64,000 nucleotides of DNA from Vermamoeba vermiformis (taxonomy: Eukaryota), in NCBI GenBank assembly GCA_045837725.1, contig JBEWZL010000278.1, positions 1-64,000 on the forward strand, in the 5' to 3' direction. This document shows positions 62,380 to 64,000 of the stretch, piece after piece; the stretch's first letter is position 1; the number at the start of each line of letters is the position of its first letter. The notes beneath the pieces were generated by a model. The model was not told the origin of the DNA. It searched no databases and worked only from the letters and a program-made list of their open reading frames with translations. Position numbers and translations under genes: made by a program.

Positions 62380-64000
62380 ATGTTTTCGTTCGGAAAAAGT
62401 ACCGGCAAAGATAAAATAGGCTTCAAAAAGCCGATGAAGAACACCATCCAATTCGAAGATCTTCCCAACAAACTCTGTGAAATTCTGTATTTGTCGAATG
62501 AAAATGTGGTAAATTTAAAATCAACAGGTGCTTGGGAACCCACGAACGGCAAACGATTTTATTTCGGTAAGCAAATCCAAACAAAAAAAGAGTAAATTTA
62601 AATTAATCTTTACTATCCTTCTAATACTGTTATCACAAACGCCCATATATTAATTATATTTTGGCAATTTTTTAGAGGTCACAGTTATCTCAAAAGGCAC
62701 CAAAGGCACGATCGCAATTGGTTTATCAAAGAACGAAAAAGATGCAGCCGACAAGCAACCTGGCTGGACTCACGGTACTTACTTAAGGTCTATATATAAC
62801 TTATTGTTAAATTTTTCATTACAGGAACGTTTGGTTATCATGCTGATGACGGCATTGCTTTCTGCGATGATACTGAGGTGATCCGAAACTTTGGTCCCAT
62901 ATGGGCAGTTCGAAATGTTACAGTAGGATGTGGTGTTGACTTTGAAGCACGTAAGTACCTCCATGCTGTTTAAAAAAAGTTGAGTGCATCCGTTCGAATT
63001 TAAATTGGCGAGATTGATTGGAGGTATTGGTTCAATTACGCACTAAATATTAGTATACGAGCTAATGTATATTTAGAATCAGTGTTCTTCGTATTTCCCG
63101 ATGGTACGAAGAAAACATTGCCGACGTACAAGATGCAAGCTTTTCCCGACAAGTTGTATCCAATGGTTGGCTTGCACAGCCTGCAAGAACAGATTAAAGT
63201 GAATTTTGGCACCAAAGGAATTCCTTTCGTGCATAATCCATTCGTAAGTAACGCAAAGAAATTTCTGGTACGCGCCATACACATCCGGTTTTTAACTGCT
63301 GATAATTTTTAGGCCGAGAATAAAATACCAACGTTCTTCAAATTCAACAAAACAACAAAAGCAATTCTTGAAGGCAACATACTCACCGTCACAGCGCCAA
63401 AGGCCGAGTCACTTCAAGCTGACTCTTTCTTCCCCCGTCTCACAACATCACTGCCTTATTATGAAGTCACCATACTATCACTAAAACGTAGGTGCCACCT
63501 ACAATATACCATCCAATTATTACCCTATTTGGCGTATTATGAACCTATACTCATACGCGTTTTTCATAGCGGACGAAACGCTTTCGATTGGTTTCAGCGA
63601 CCAAAGATTTGAGTCCAGTCAACTCGTGGGCTCCATGCAGAACTCGTTCGGCTACTTCAACAACGGCACTGTTGGCTTCAACTTCACGAGCGACGGGGAG
63701 CGAGGTGCGTTCAAAGTGAACGACGTGGTTGGATGTGGTCTTGCCATGGACTCGTTCAACCAACGCAAGGTGTTCTATACTGTAAATGGCAAGTTCGTCG
63801 GGTACATAACGAAGAGGGTTGCAGGTGGAATGGATTGCTTCCCAACGCTTGGATTCGTTGGAAGCGACATCCGCGTTCGATACAACTTCGGCCGTTCGGA
63901 ATTTGTTTGGGATATTAACGAATGGCCTAAATCTGACAAGAACTGCTATATTAGCAACTTGCCTACTGAAACTCTGCGAATTATTCTTGAGGTAAGATTC
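62380..64000 (+). CDS. Tandem SPRY + F-box protein, right arm, partial (runs off the window)
   Basis: Mirror of 32139-33762. Confidence 0.85.

Larger units (their letters stand above)
32139..64000. repeat. Giant diverged inverted duplication: left arm 32139-47713 mirrored by right arm 47814-64000 (continues beyond the window)
   Basis: Every ORF is mirrored (e.g. 43790-44263+ vs 51211-51675-, 35827-36114- vs 60012-60299+). Base 64000 maps to 32139. The arms differ by scattered SNPs and small indels, mostly intronic or synonymous. Confidence 0.97.

Noticed and set aside
1-64000. rRNA, tRNA, CRISPR arrays or autonomous mobile elements
   Set aside because: None recognisable by eye. tRNAscan-SE, Infernal and RepeatModeler would be needed to exclude them.

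Overview
This is AT-rich, intron-dense eukaryotic nuclear DNA with short GT-AG introns and CTAAY-type branch points. The gene content (a Sec-containing deiodinase-like gene and CBM8-bearing cellulases) suggests an amoebozoan-like protist, which is an inference. The first ~32 kb is unique sequence. It carries a bacterial-type beta-helix gene, a tandem active+pseudo AMP deaminase, two head-to-head gene pairs flanking a pepsin-like protease, an F-box gene, a deiodinase-like selenoprotein with in-frame TGA and a candidate SECIS, three GH5 cellulases (the third truncated) and a small secreted ART-like gene. From ~32139 the sequence is one large diverged inverted duplication centred on a 100-N gap (47714-47813), most probably two haplotypes scaffolded head-to-head. 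Each arm holds SPRY/F-box, C-terminal F-box, Munc13-like, BRCT, RAD51AP1-like and F-box/EF1A-like genes. The best candidate for an undescribed system lies at 8232-17758. There, two divergently transcribed gene pairs sit on homologous ~270 bp intergenic elements packed with AACACGG motifs, and the partners within each pair share a domain. Pair 1 is two coiled-coil proteins with a paralogous TIR-like alpha/beta domain and matching intron positions. Pair 2 is a VWA-FN3-IFI44-like GTPase with three ubiquitin-like repeats, facing a coiled-coil protein with one such repeat. All gene models were spliced by eye and all domain calls come from remembered motifs, not database searches.
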